This document shows, piece by piece, positions 1 through 9,216 of a stretch of 35,151 bases of DNA; within the stretch, counting starts at the first letter, position 1, and each line of letters opens with the position of its first letter. The translations under genes were made by a program, and so were the position numbers. The notes under the pieces were generated by a model. It saw nothing but the letters and a program-made list of their open reading frames with translations. It searched no databases and was not told the origin of the DNA. The DNA comes from Acidimicrobiia bacterium. Lineage in GTDB: Bacteria > Actinomycetota > Acidimicrobiia > Spongiisociales > JAENVV01. The stretch spans positions 1 to 35,151 of the forward strand of contig JBFGJH010000034.1 of NCBI GenBank assembly GCA_041577335.1. Direction: 5' to 3'.

Positions 1-273
1 CCCCCCAGACGCCGTTGGTTTCGCCGGAGCTAGCCAGGACCATCTCCTTCTTCAGATGAGCATCGCCTTCGGGGCACCACGAACCCTTCGCTTCGCTACG
101 GTGCTCCCGGCAGAACGCTGTGCGTTCTGGTTCGAGTCTTGCGAAGCGGCCTTCACCTGAGCCGGCTTGGCCGGTACTCCCCCAACATTGCTCCTCCCGG
201 GGGACGGGGTGGAACTCACCACTCCCTCCCTTTCGAGAACGCTCAACACGAACCGAAGCGACGAGAATCCTCA

Positions 274-338
274 CGTAAAGCGCCCTTGACATAATGTCAA
301 CTGTCCTTTACGTTGATGGTTGTAAAAGAACCTTTACA
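274..338. promoter_or_regulatory. Three 18-bp imperfect palindromic operator sites (consensus about YGTMAAg-N4-CTTKACR), overlapping a TTGACA -35 box
   Basis: cgtaaagcgcccttgaca (274-291), tgtcaactgtcctttacg (295-312), tgtaaaagaacctttaca (321-338). They lie directly upstream of a membrane protein + XRE HTH operon. Confidence 0.7.
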
Positions 339-351
339 TGGGGAGTGACTG

Positions 352-783
352 ATGGGTCAGATGTGGCAGATGAAGGGGGAGACGCCCGCTGTGCGAAGCA
401 GCATGAAGCGTTACTACTGGACGTTCGCGCCGGCAATGGTCCTCTACGTGATCGGCACCGTGTTGCTGTTCGTGTCCGAGGGACGGTCGACTGGCGCACA
501 GCTGGCGATGGCCGCCGTCCCCAGTGCCGGGATCGTGTGGGTGGTCGTTGCGCTTGTGAGCTTGTATCGGAGAAGTGACGAGCTGCAGCAGGTGCAGATG
601 CTTAAGGGCGCCGCCTCCGGCTTCACCGTTGGTTTCCCGGCTCTGGCGATTTCGGGGCTGATCTTCGCCTTCCTCGACGAACCACCGGGTCGACCCTCAC
701 TGGTTGCGGTGTGGCTACCGTTCCTCATCGGCATGGCAGGGTGGTCAATCGGTTGGGCCCGGGCCCAGAAGACGGGTTTCTGA
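352..783 (+). CDS. Four-TM small membrane protein, co-transcribed with an XRE regulator
   Basis: 143 aa with 4 hydrophobic segments; GGGGAG RBS upstream; the 'DELQQVQMLKGAA' segment resembles membrane proteins often paired with small XRE regulators. Confidence 0.8.
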   Translation: MGQMWQMKGETPAVRSSMKRYYWTFAPAMVLYVIGTVLLFVSEGRSTGAQLAMAAVPSAGIVWVVVALVSLYRRSDELQQVQMLKGAASGFTVGFPALAISGLIFAFLDEPPGRPSLVAVWLPFLIGMAGWSIGWARAQKTGF

Positions 784-785
784 CG

Positions 786-977
786 GTGAAGAACCGCATT
801 CGACAGCTCAGAGCCGAACGAGAATGGACCCAAGTGGATCTCGCAGAGCGCCTCCACGTTTCGAGGCAGACGGTGCTTGCCATCGAGAAGGGCAAGTACG
901 ACCCATCGCTGCCTCTCGCGTTTTCCATCGCCGGGGTTTTTGGCCTCAAAATCGAGGACATCTTCGATCCTGCATAG
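786..977 (+). CDS. XRE-family (HTH_3) transcriptional regulator
   Basis: GTG start 2 nt after the upstream stop; MKNRIRQLRAEREWTQVDLAERLHVSRQTVLAIEKGKYDPSLPLAF is a classic small XRE signature. Confidence 0.95.
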   Translation: MKNRIRQLRAEREWTQVDLAERLHVSRQTVLAIEKGKYDPSLPLAFSIAGVFGLKIEDIFDPA

Positions 978-1033
978 GTTTCGGTCTGTACAGGACTCCT
1001 GCTTGGAGCGCCGACCCGTTACCGTTGCTCCCT

Positions 1034-1435
1034 ATGCCTCACCTCTCCGAGATCCGGGTGCGGTGGTCGGAGCTCGATCCGTATCACCACGTGAACCATG
1101 CCGTGTATTTGACCTATTTTGAGAGCGCCCGGATCGAGGCTTTGGCTGCCATTGGGTTTTCGATGGACCGCCTCACGGAGGCCGAGTGCCAGATCGTCGT
1201 CACCGAGCTCAACGCCCGATTCCTGGTCCCGGCGCTTGGTGGCGACCGTTTGGTGGTCGAAACCGAGGTGGTAGAAGTACGGCGCGCATCGTCGCGATGG
1301 CGGCAACGCATCATGCGGGGTGACGAGGCGCTGGTCACGATCGACCTGGTCGGGGCGATCACCGATCTGGCCGGCAAGCCCCGCCGGATCCCCGACGGCT
1401 TCGCCGAGGCATTGGAACAGATCGCGGTCTCATGA
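1034..1435 (+). CDS. Acyl-CoA thioesterase, hot-dog fold (YbgC/FadM/4HBT family)
   Basis: IRVRWSELDPYHHVNHAVYLTYFESAR motif; ATG at 1034 lies within ORF 704..1435. Confidence 0.9.
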   Translation: MPHLSEIRVRWSELDPYHHVNHAVYLTYFESARIEALAAIGFSMDRLTEAECQIVVTELNARFLVPALGGDRLVVETEVVEVRRASSRWRQRIMRGDEALVTIDLVGAITDLAGKPRRIPDGFAEALEQIAVS

Positions 1436-2619
1436 GGCGCACCGCGTTCGCTCTGTGTTTGACGATGCTCGCCGTATCGTGCGGGACCGAGGCGCGGTCG
1501 ACGGCGACCACCGTCATCACTCAGAACGAAGAGTATGCCTGGGAAGACTGCGAAGCCGACCTGATCTCCGATCATGTGATTCTTTCCGATGTCGGTCCGA
1601 TCGAGTGGGAGGGACAGCCGCTGGCGCTCGAGACTGTCGCGGAGGTGCCCCAGGCCATCGAAGTGGCCGCGGATCCGGTGACAGGGCGGCTGTACGTGAC
1701 CACACAGGATGGCGAGCTGTTCGAGCTGGATGGCAATGGCAACGCCACCTCGGTTCTGGACCTGCGTCGGCGTGTCTCGGTGGGAGAGGAGAGAGGCTTG
1801 CTCGGCCTCGAGTTCACCGAGAACGGCTCGCACACATATGTGAGCTTCACCGACACGGAGGGTGCAGTCGTCATTGAGGAATATGGGCAGCCAGGCTGGA
1901 CGGACCGCCGCGAGGTCTTCTTTCTCGAACAACCCGAGCGCTGGCACAACGGGGGGCACATGGAGATCGGGCCCGACGGGTACCTGTACGTCGGCCTTGG
2001 CGACGGCGGCAACATCGGAGACCCCGATCGGCTCGCGCAGGATCGCAACACGTTGTACGGCACGATCATCCGTATCGACCCCACCAGCGGTCAGACCTAC
2101 GAGGTACCGGACGGCAATCCATTTGCTGACGGCCTACCGGAGATCGTGGCATACGGTCTACGAAACCCCTGGCAGTTCTCATTCGACGCCGAGTCAGGAG
2201 ATCTGTGGTTGGGAGACGTTGGCCAGAACTGCTGGGAGGAGATCGACCGCATCCCGGCAGGGGCATTCGGTCAGAACTTCGGCTGGTCGCGAGTCGAAGG
2301 GCCCATGCGGTTCCGCCACGACATCCCGGATGACTATGTCGCACCAGTGTTGTCGTACTTTCACGACGGGGCGTGTTCGATCACCGGCGGTCTGGTGTAT
2401 CACGGCTCCGCCATCCCCGAGCTCGCCGGCCATTACCTATTCGCCGACTATTGCCGGGGCCGCTTGATGGCCTTCGCCGCCGACGGAGCTTCGCCCGATG
2501 TGGTCTGGGATTTGGGCGTCAAACAGAGCCTGCTTGTGTCGTTTGGGCTCGACGCCGATGGCGAGGTGCTGGTGGTGGGCAAGGACATCGGAGTGCTCCG
2601 CCTGGTACCGGCCGGCTAG
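1432..2619 (+). CDS. PQQ-dependent glucose/sorbosone dehydrogenase-family beta-propeller lipoprotein
   Basis: Lipobox LAVSC; motifs GEERGLLGL, HNGG, GPDGYLYVGLGDGG, AYGLRNPWQFSFD, DVGQNCWEEID, SITGG; ATGA overlap with the upstream gene. Confidence 0.92.
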   Translation: MRRTAFALCLTMLAVSCGTEARSTATTVITQNEEYAWEDCEADLISDHVILSDVGPIEWEGQPLALETVAEVPQAIEVAADPVTGRLYVTTQDGELFELDGNGNATSVLDLRRRVSVGEERGLLGLEFTENGSHTYVSFTDTEGAVVIEEYGQPGWTDRREVFFLEQPERWHNGGHMEIGPDGYLYVGLGDGGNIGDPDRLAQDRNTLYGTIIRIDPTSGQTYEVPDGNPFADGLPEIVAYGLRNPWQFSFDAESGDLWLGDVGQNCWEEIDRIPAGAFGQNFGWSRVEGPMRFRHDIPDDYVAPVLSYFHDGACSITGGLVYHGSAIPELAGHYLFADYCRGRLMAFAADGASPDVVWDLGVKQSLLVSFGLDADGEVLVVGKDIGVLRLVPAG

Positions 2620-3582
2620 TCACCCGAGCGTCTCGAGCGGCACGACCCCCGTAGGGTCGATGGCGATCGTCGTGGCTTCACCGACCGGCGGAAGTGCCCC
2701 GCGCACATGGGCCTCGAGCGCCACGCCGGAATCGAGACGAACGGTGACAGCCACGGTCGAGCCGTGGAATCTTTGCCCGATTATCACGGCGGGCAGCGTG
2801 CCGTCCCCGATGCTGATTGCATCTGCATGGATGACGACCGGCCCATCGGCCACGCCGGCGAGGCCATCGAGAACATTCTCGAATCCCAAGAAATCGGCCA
2901 CCCAGCGGTCGGCCGGTCGACGCCATACGGCGGCAGGAGTACCGGCCTGGGCAATCACCCCGTCCCTCATGACGACCAGCTGGTCGGCAAGGGCCAGCGC
3001 CTCGTCCTGGTCGTGGGTCACGTAGAGGGCGGTGATGTGCCGTTCTCGAAGGATCGTGCGCAGTTCGTCGATGAGACGGGTGCGGAGCTGGCGATCGAGG
3101 CTGCCGACTGGCTCGTCGAGCATGAGGAATCGCGGCGCGGGTGCCAGCGCTCTCGCCAAAGCGACACGCTGCTGCTCTCCACCTGAGAGCGTTGCAATGC
3201 TTCGGTTCTGATACCCGCCGAGACCAACCCAGCTGAGGACCTCAGTGACCCGTGCCGAGAGATCTCCCCCCGAGTCCCCTCGCATTCGCAGGCCGAAGCC
3301 GACATTGCCGGCGACGGTCCGGTGTGGGAAGAGTGCGTAGTCCTGGAACATGAGCCCGAAGTTGCGAAGGTGCGCCGGGACGCCGTCGAGGTCGGCTCCG
3401 TCCCATGCGATCGTTCCTTCCGTGATGGGTTGCAGGCCCGCGATCGCGCGAAGCAGGGTGGTCTTGCCTGATCCGGAAGGGCCCAACACTGCCGTCACCG
3501 ACGCGGGATCGAGTGACAAACTCACGTTGTCGAGGGCGAGGGTCCCGGGGAATCGCACACTGACGGAATCGACCGTGAGCAT
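2620..3582 (-). CDS. thiQ: ABC transporter ATP-binding subunit (thiamine transport, ThiQ-like)
   Basis: Walker A GPSGSGKT, signature LSGGEQQRVALARAL, Walker B LMLDEP, H-loop VTHD; third gene of the TPP-riboswitch operon. Confidence 0.85.
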   Translation of the reverse strand: MLTVDSVSVRFPGTLALDNVSLSLDPASVTAVLGPSGSGKTTLLRAIAGLQPITEGTIAWDGADLDGVPAHLRNFGLMFQDYALFPHRTVAGNVGFGLRMRGDSGGDLSARVTEVLSWVGLGGYQNRSIATLSGGEQQRVALARALAPAPRFLMLDEPVGSLDRQLRTRLIDELRTILRERHITALYVTHDQDEALALADQLVVMRDGVIAQAGTPAAVWRRPADRWVADFLGFENVLDGLAGVADGPVVIHADAISIGDGTLPAVIIGQRFHGSTVAVTVRLDSGVALEAHVRGALPPVGEATTIAIDPTGVVPLETLG

Positions 3583-5201
3583 CAGAATCCTCCCCGCCCG
3601 CGCCGGTGGTCGATGAGGCCAATCGAAACCGCGGTCACCACCATGAGGATCGAAGCCATGGCCATCGCCTGGCCAAAGCTGGCCTCGCCGGGACGGCCGA
3701 GAAAGCGTTCGATGGCGATCGGCAGAGTTGGATTGTCGGGACGCACGATGAACGCCGTCGCTCCGAACTCACCCAGCGAGATGGCAAACGCGAAGGCCGC
3801 TCCGACCAGCAGTGCACGGCTCACCAGGGGAAGGTCGATCTCGCGGAAGGCTCGCAAGGGTGATGCTCCCAGCATGATCGCCGCTTCGCGCAGGCGGTCT
3901 TGAACGGCGGCCATGACGGGTACCGCCGACCTCACGACGAAAGGCACTGCCACGAGTGCATGTGCAATCGGAATGATCCATATCGATGCACGCAGGTCGA
4001 TGGGGCGATCGAGAGCCACCAGGAATCCGAATCCAACCGTCACGGCTGACGTTCCCAGCGGGAGCATCAGCACTGCGTCGAACCACCTACTCGATGATCC
4101 GGTGCCGTACGCAACGACTGCCGCAGCCAGACCCCCGACGATCACGGCAATCGTGGCGGCCGCAAGGGCGAACGCAATCGAGTTCCCGATGGCCTCCGCA
4201 GGGGGAACCGCAAACGCTCGGTCTCGCTCGGCGAGCTGGCGGAAGAACGTGAAGGAGTAGGCGCCGCCGGCACGGAGAGACCGGTTGATGAGTACAACCA
4301 GTGGTGTCATCGTGAAGGCCAGCACCCCGCCGAGCGTGAGGCGCACCCACCAGCGCTGACGTCTGGTCACCGGCCTGCGCGCCGATTGAACCGGAGCGGA
4401 CAGGGAGCGCTGCAGAGCGTGGGATCGCTGGTAGTGGGCGTACCAACCGAGTGTGAGTCCTACCCCCAGCAGCTGAACGATCGACAGCAGGGCCGCGCCG
4501 CGCAGGTCGAACGCTTGCAGCGCTCGGTTGTAGATCGACACCTCGAGTGTCTCGAAAGCCAGGCCGCCCAAAATCAACACGACCCCGAACGACGTGAAGG
4601 TGAAGAGGAACACCAGTGACGAGGCTGCCATGAGACCCGGTCGGAGGAGTGGAAGCGTAACGGCTCGAAAGACACTGAACCGGGTGGCGCCGAGCATGGT
4701 GGCGGCCTCTTCCAATCGGGGGTCGATCGTTTCCCAAAGAGCTCCCACCACTCTGACGACGACGGCCACGTTGTAGAAGACGTGGGCGATGAGAATCAAA
4801 ACCAACGTGCCCTCCAGATTGATCCCGAGGATTCCGCGCGGTCCCACCAGCGCCAGGAACGCTGATGCGACCACGACCGTGGGCAGAACGAAGGGAATCG
4901 TGATGAGGGCCTTGATGGTGCGCTTGAACCGGAATTCGTATCTTGCGAACACGCCGGCGACCGGCAGACCGATCAGCAGCGTCAGCACGGTCGAGGCCAC
5001 CGCCTGGCCAACCGTGAAGGTCACGACGTCCCACAGCCCCACGTTCGTCAGCGCGTTTGCCAACCCGTCGTCGCCGGAGCTGACCCCGATCCACAGAATG
5101 CGGCCGACCGGATAGAGAAAGAACCAGCCAAGGAAGGCTGCCGGAACCACGGCCGCCCAGCGGAGCGAGCGGGCGCTCAGCGCAGTACTACTGCGGTCCA
5201 T
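3582..5201 (-). CDS. thiP: ABC transporter permease (thiamine transport, ThiP-like)
   Basis: Two EAA loops (EEAATMLGA, REAAIMLGA) and about 12 TM segments; lies between the binding protein and the ATPase. Start may be 5201 or 5213. Confidence 0.88.
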   Translation of the reverse strand: MDRSSTALSARSLRWAAVVPAAFLGWFFLYPVGRILWIGVSSGDDGLANALTNVGLWDVVTFTVGQAVASTVLTLLIGLPVAGVFARYEFRFKRTIKALITIPFVLPTVVVASAFLALVGPRGILGINLEGTLVLILIAHVFYNVAVVVRVVGALWETIDPRLEEAATMLGATRFSVFRAVTLPLLRPGLMAASSLVFLFTFTSFGVVLILGGLAFETLEVSIYNRALQAFDLRGAALLSIVQLLGVGLTLGWYAHYQRSHALQRSLSAPVQSARRPVTRRQRWWVRLTLGGVLAFTMTPLVVLINRSLRAGGAYSFTFFRQLAERDRAFAVPPAEAIGNSIAFALAAATIAVIVGGLAAAVVAYGTGSSSRWFDAVLMLPLGTSAVTVGFGFLVALDRPIDLRASIWIIPIAHALVAVPFVVRSAVPVMAAVQDRLREAAIMLGASPLRAFREIDLPLVSRALLVGAAFAFAISLGEFGATAFIVRPDNPTLPIAIERFLGRPGEASFGQAMAMASILMVVTAVSIGLIDHRRGRGGF

Positions 5202-6211
5202 TCGTCGACCCATCGTTCTCGGTTGGCTTCGATCAGCTCGGGGTCCAGCGTTGCCGGGTTCGCCGGCACATCGGCATACTCGACGAAGGCCGGCGGTAGG
5301 GACGCCTCACGGTTGGCCGGCCACACGAACATATTCAGCGGGATGTCCTCCTGGAACTCAATGCTCAGCATGAAGTCGACCAACTGGCGCGCCTCGCTGG
5401 AGTCGACGAGGACCCCGGCGTATTCGATCTGGCGGAAACAGCCGGCGGCAACGGTGGCGGAGGGAGCCTCGGAAAGTGGTTCCTCGGCGAACAAGACGCC
5501 CGCCGGTGGTGATGACGCGTAGCTGACCACGAGCGGGCGGTCACCTCCGCCCCCCACGGTGAAGTCGGAGAAATAGGCAGTTTCCCAGTCAGGCGCGACT
5601 TTGACGTCGTTGTCGACGAGCCCTTGCCAGTAGTCCAGCCAGCCCCTTTCCCCGAATTCGGCGATGGTGGCCAACATGAAGGCGAGCCCGGGTGAAGAAG
5701 TCGCGGGATTCTGGACGACGAGCGTCCCGGCATATTCGGGCTCCAGGAGATCATCGAGGCTCTCCGGCGCCGGAATGGTCGCCGCCTTGTCGTAATTGAG
5801 ACAGACGTCGCCGAAATCTATGGGAGTGACCGACGGGCCGGCCCGCAGGCTTTCGGGGACGGTGGAGAGCGCAGGGCTCTCGTAGTCCACAAACAGGTCG
5901 GCGTCGAGCGCCCTGCTCAGGAACGTGTTGTCGATCCCATACAGGACATCGGCGGTGGGATTGTCCTTGGTGAGGATTGCCTGGTTGGTGAGTAGGCCGG
6001 CATCTCCGGCTGTGAGAACTTCGACCTCGATGCCCGTCGAAGTCGTGAATGTTTGGAGTGTGGACTCGGAGATGGCGAACGAGTCGTGCGTCACCAATGT
6101 CACCGTTCCGTCACCTCGAACGGGGCCGGACGGATCGGCGCCCGAGCAAGCAGCTGCGATCAGGGCGGCGCCGAGCAACATGCCAATCAGTCGAACAGTG
6201 ATTCGGTCCAC
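5177..6211 (-). CDS. thiB: Thiamine ABC transporter substrate-binding lipoprotein (ThiB/TbpA)
   Basis: Lipobox AAAC; motifs VTHDSF, ADVLYGIDNTFL, PATSSPGLAF, VVSYASSP, CFRQIEYAG, QEDIPLNMFV; downstream of a TPP riboswitch. Confidence 0.93.
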   Translation of the reverse strand: MDRITVRLIGMLLGAALIAAACSGADPSGPVRGDGTVTLVTHDSFAISESTLQTFTTSTGIEVEVLTAGDAGLLTNQAILTKDNPTADVLYGIDNTFLSRALDADLFVDYESPALSTVPESLRAGPSVTPIDFGDVCLNYDKAATIPAPESLDDLLEPEYAGTLVVQNPATSSPGLAFMLATIAEFGERGWLDYWQGLVDNDVKVAPDWETAYFSDFTVGGGGDRPLVVSYASSPPAGVLFAEEPLSEAPSATVAAGCFRQIEYAGVLVDSSEARQLVDFMLSIEFQEDIPLNMFVWPANREASLPPAFVEYADVPANPATLDPELIEANRERWVDEWTAVVLR

Positions 6212-6316
6212 TCGCTTCCTCCGCTGGTATTGCCCAGATCAGGTTCCGCGGGTCGATGGCGAGTGGCCGGAGCCAGAAGCCACCCTCTCAGTCCGTAGCT
6301 CCGAACTCCCCGGGGT
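6212..6316 (-). ncRNA. TPP (thi-box) riboswitch
   Basis: Minus strand reads GGGGAG...GGACTGAGAGGG...GACCCGCGGAACCTGATCTGGGCAATACCAGCGGAGGAAG, matching the TPP aptamer consensus (CTGAGA, ACCTGATC, AAT-CC-GCG-AGG) immediately before the thiB start. Confidence 0.95.
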
Positions 6317-6413
6317 GGGTTGTGTCTTGGTGCGATGGTAGCCGGGCCGACGATCTGCGCGGCCGTTGGCCTCGAGATCAATGACTGCGTTGGTGCGCCG
6401 GGGCGGCCGGAGG

Positions 6414-6854
6414 TTACGAAGCTCCTGAGTCAAGCTCGCGTTTGAGGCCCGCCACGCCGTCCTTACCGATCTTGTCGAGGCGCCCGCCCATGAATTTCGT
6501 GACGATCGACATGATGCCGCTGAAAGTCAGCTCGGCGGTGTAGTGGATGCGAGTGGCATCGCCCGTTGTCTCGAACTCGATGGTGTCGACGACGGTGACC
6601 ATGTTGCCGGTTCCCTCCAGAACGATCCGATTGGGAGCCGAAAGGTCGGTGATGACGTACTCCATCGGCGTCTGGCGCGAGCCGAATTGGAGCACCAGGT
6701 CATATACCGATCCTACTTTGGGTTCGCCGGCCTGCTTGGCCGTTGAACTGGCCACGCCCGGGTCCCACCTCTCGGTGTTTTCCCAAGCGGCGGTGTAGGC
6801 GAATGCCTGGTCGATGGGACGATTGACGGTGATGGTTTCTCTCAAAGTGACCAC
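6414..6854 (-). CDS. SRPBCC (polyketide cyclase/START-like) family protein
   Basis: ETITVNRPIDQAFAY...WDPGV and TRIHYTAEL patterns; AGGAG RBS before GTG. Confidence 0.88.
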   Translation of the reverse strand: MVTLRETITVNRPIDQAFAYTAAWENTERWDPGVASSTAKQAGEPKVGSVYDLVLQFGSRQTPMEYVITDLSAPNRIVLEGTGNMVTVVDTIEFETTGDATRIHYTAELTFSGIMSIVTKFMGGRLDKIGKDGVAGLKRELDSGAS

Positions 6855-6910
6855 GGGCTTCTCCTGGCGTTGGTCCTAGTTATACGGAACCGGATTCACG
6901 CCGGATGAGC

Positions 6911-7108
6911 TCAGTGCTCCTCTGGCGTTTGTATCAATATCGCTGCCGTCGGACATTCATGAGCAGCTTCCCGGACTCGTTCGTGAATCCGCTCGTGGGG
7001 GGACGGATCGGTGACAACGGCGACGTCCTCGACACGAAATACCTCAGGGCACACTCGCTCGCAACAGCCGCTCCCTGCACAGATGGCTTCGTCGACGGCT
7101 ACGTACAT
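6911..7108 (-). CDS. Small single-cluster ferredoxin (probably [3Fe-4S] type)
   Basis: VDEAICAGSGCCERVCPEVF...AAHECPTAAI: a CxxSxxC-x3-CP motif plus a distal CP. Confidence 0.9.
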   Translation of the reverse strand: MYVAVDEAICAGSGCCERVCPEVFRVEDVAVVTDPSPHERIHERVREAAHECPTAAILIQTPEEH

Positions 7109-7190
7109 GGCGCAAGACTATCGGGAACGGGTCGACACAGGGCCGGCGTTCTCGCCTGCTTTGGCGGGCGAGTTGCTATAGCCTGAGGTC

Positions 7191-8189
7191 ATGGATCTGT
7201 ATACGCGCGTCAATATTCTCGGGGGTCGGTCGGTGAGGCTTCCTCGGGGGGCTCTGGAAGATGCCATAACCCTCGACAACGACCCGATCGCACGTGCTCG
7301 GAACTGGGTGACGCAGGGGGTCGACTATATCCATGTAGTCGATCTCGATGCCGCTGCTCACCGTGATTACCGAAATCGTGACCTGATCGATGAGCTGGTG
7401 AAGAACGTCGATGTTCCGGTGCAGGTGGCCGGCGGGATCCGCTCAGAAGCGGAGGCCGACCGGCTCATCTCGGTGGGAGCTTGGCGGGTGGTGATGGGCA
7501 CGGCCGCCATCGAACACCAGAATATGGTGTGGGATCTTTGCCGCGAGCATCCCGGCAAAATCGTCGTAGGCCTCGATGTGCGACCAAATGAGGAATTGGC
7601 GACGCGAGGCTGGACGCAGAACTCCGGCCGCTACCTCGAAGAGGTCCTGTTGGAGTTGGAGTCGGCAGGCGTCGCGGCGGTGCTGGTGGCGGCTGCCGGC
7701 CGGGACGCATTGATGGAGCCGCCTGAGACGCGCATCCTCTCGAATACTCTCGAGGCAGTCGACGTGCCCGTGATTGCCTCCGGCGGGGTACGCAGCCTCG
7801 ACGACCTCCGAGAGTTGCTGGATCTGCAGGTCGATTCCAAGAGATTGGCGGGTGTCATCGTCGGACGGGAGGTGACGCACGGTCGTTTCACGATCGAGGA
7901 AGCGAAGGCGGTCATCGCCGAAGGGCCGCGAGAGAGCTCCGAACCTCGTGCTCCGTTGAAACCGACCGTGCCTCCTCTCATCAAGGAGACCGCCGACCGA
8001 TTCCGGCGTCTCGCGGAAGAGTTGGAAACTGCCGTGGCACACGCGCGGACCGCCGCAAGCAGGTACATGGAAGGTGAGCAGGCCCGAGGCGCCGCCCATG
8101 GGTTTGGCGTCGCCGGCCACCTCGAGAAGGCAGGGGACATGCTGGCCGAGATCGCTCGGCTGCACGCCGACAAGGGCACTCCGGACTAG
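7191..8189 (+). CDS. HisA/PriA-like TIM-barrel protein with C-terminal helical extension
   Basis: HVVDLDAA, VQVAGGIRS, RVVMGTAA, VVGLDV, TRGW and VIASGGV motifs of the HisA family; N-terminal catalytic Asp replaced by Asn; about 85 extra C-terminal residues. Confidence 0.85.
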   Translation: MDLYTRVNILGGRSVRLPRGALEDAITLDNDPIARARNWVTQGVDYIHVVDLDAAAHRDYRNRDLIDELVKNVDVPVQVAGGIRSEAEADRLISVGAWRVVMGTAAIEHQNMVWDLCREHPGKIVVGLDVRPNEELATRGWTQNSGRYLEEVLLELESAGVAAVLVAAAGRDALMEPPETRILSNTLEAVDVPVIASGGVRSLDDLRELLDLQVDSKRLAGVIVGREVTHGRFTIEEAKAVIAEGPRESSEPRAPLKPTVPPLIKETADRFRRLAEELETAVAHARTAASRYMEGEQARGAAHGFGVAGHLEKAGDMLAEIARLHADKGTPD

Positions 8190-8383
8190 CGGTCCTCGGC
8201 GTCGCGAACGGGTCGCGTGACAGCCGCCTGGGCATGTGGCCAATGACGAGCCGCGCTGGTCGCAAGCACGAGAAGTCGGGATCGTTGAGGGTTCTGGTTG
8301 TTTTCGCGTTCTCGATACTGGCTCATCCGCCTGCCTTGTTGTCTCCGAATGACCCTCAACCGAGACCTTTGAGGAGGTACACA

Positions 8384-8983
8384 ATGCGCAGATGGATGCT
8401 CGCCATGATGGCGGCCCTGATGGCAGTCGTACTCGTGGTTCCCGCCGCGGGAGCCGACGGACACATTCCGTCGATCGTCGATGTTCTCAGCGCCGACGGT
8501 GACCAGTTCGACAACGATTGGAACGATTTCGACATTCTCACCGAAGCTGTGATTGCGGCAGGTTTGGCAGGAGCCCTCGACGACGGCGGCCTCCCGTTCG
8601 ACGTCACGGTGTTTGCCCCGAACGATGCCGCGTTCCGGAAGCTCGCTCAGGACATGTCCGGCGTGCGACCCACCAGTGAGGCTCAGACCTTCGATATCGT
8701 GGCCAGCGTCGGCATCGCCACGGTGGCCGATGTGCTGCTGTACCACGTGGTCGAGGGTGAGGTCTTCTACTCGACGGCATTGACGCTCGATGGCGCCGAC
8801 GTCCCCACCCTGTTGGGTCCGACCTTCCAGATCGGAGTCATGAACAACACGCGGATCATGCTCATCGACCAGGATGCCAACGACCGGAACGCAGTGGTGA
8901 ACCGTCGTGCGGCTGACATCGATGTCTCGAACGGTGTCATCCATGGCATCGACCGGGTGATGCGCCCGATCGACCTTCCGTAA
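8384..8983 (+). CDS. Secreted fasciclin (FAS1) domain protein
   Basis: GAGGAGG RBS, signal peptide, VTVFAPNDAAF, VLLYHVV, DIDVSNGVIHGIDRVM. Confidence 0.93.
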   Translation: MRRWMLAMMAALMAVVLVVPAAGADGHIPSIVDVLSADGDQFDNDWNDFDILTEAVIAAGLAGALDDGGLPFDVTVFAPNDAAFRKLAQDMSGVRPTSEAQTFDIVASVGIATVADVLLYHVVEGEVFYSTALTLDGADVPTLLGPTFQIGVMNNTRIMLIDQDANDRNAVVNRRAADIDVSNGVIHGIDRVMRPIDLP

Positions 8984-9002
8984 CCATCAGCCATCGACTA
9001 TT

Positions 9003-9036
9003 CAGAAAGGGTGCGGCTTGGGCCGCACCCTTTCTG
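9003..9036. terminator. Perfect 15-bp hairpin, probable (bidirectional) terminator
   Basis: cagaaagggtgcggc-ttgg-gccgcaccctttctg between the convergent FAS1 and pirin genes. Confidence 0.8.
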
Positions 9037-9120
9037 GATTTCCATGTCGGTCGGCGGGACGATCTCGGTCATCCGCGTATCTGACCTGACTGCTGGCTGG
9101 TTGCGGGTTGGCTGTCGCTC

Positions 9121-9160
9121 ATGGTCCCCCCAGCTTGTCTGGGGGAAGGTACCGCCGCCC
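9121..9160 (+). repeat. REP-like palindromic element (copy 1)
   Basis: atggtccccccagcttgtctgggggaaggtaccgccgccc; nearly identical to the reverse complement of 31233-31266 and similar to 31112-31146. Confidence 0.7.
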
Positions 9161-9216
9161 TATCTTCGGCGAGCCGGCGGCACGAGGTTTGGGATTGGCT
9201 CGCCTCTGAGCGGCGT

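Noticed and set aside
52..249. 65-aa ORF at the window start
   Set aside because: No RBS or family motif; the region is rich in short hairpins and looks like intergenic or REP-like sequence.
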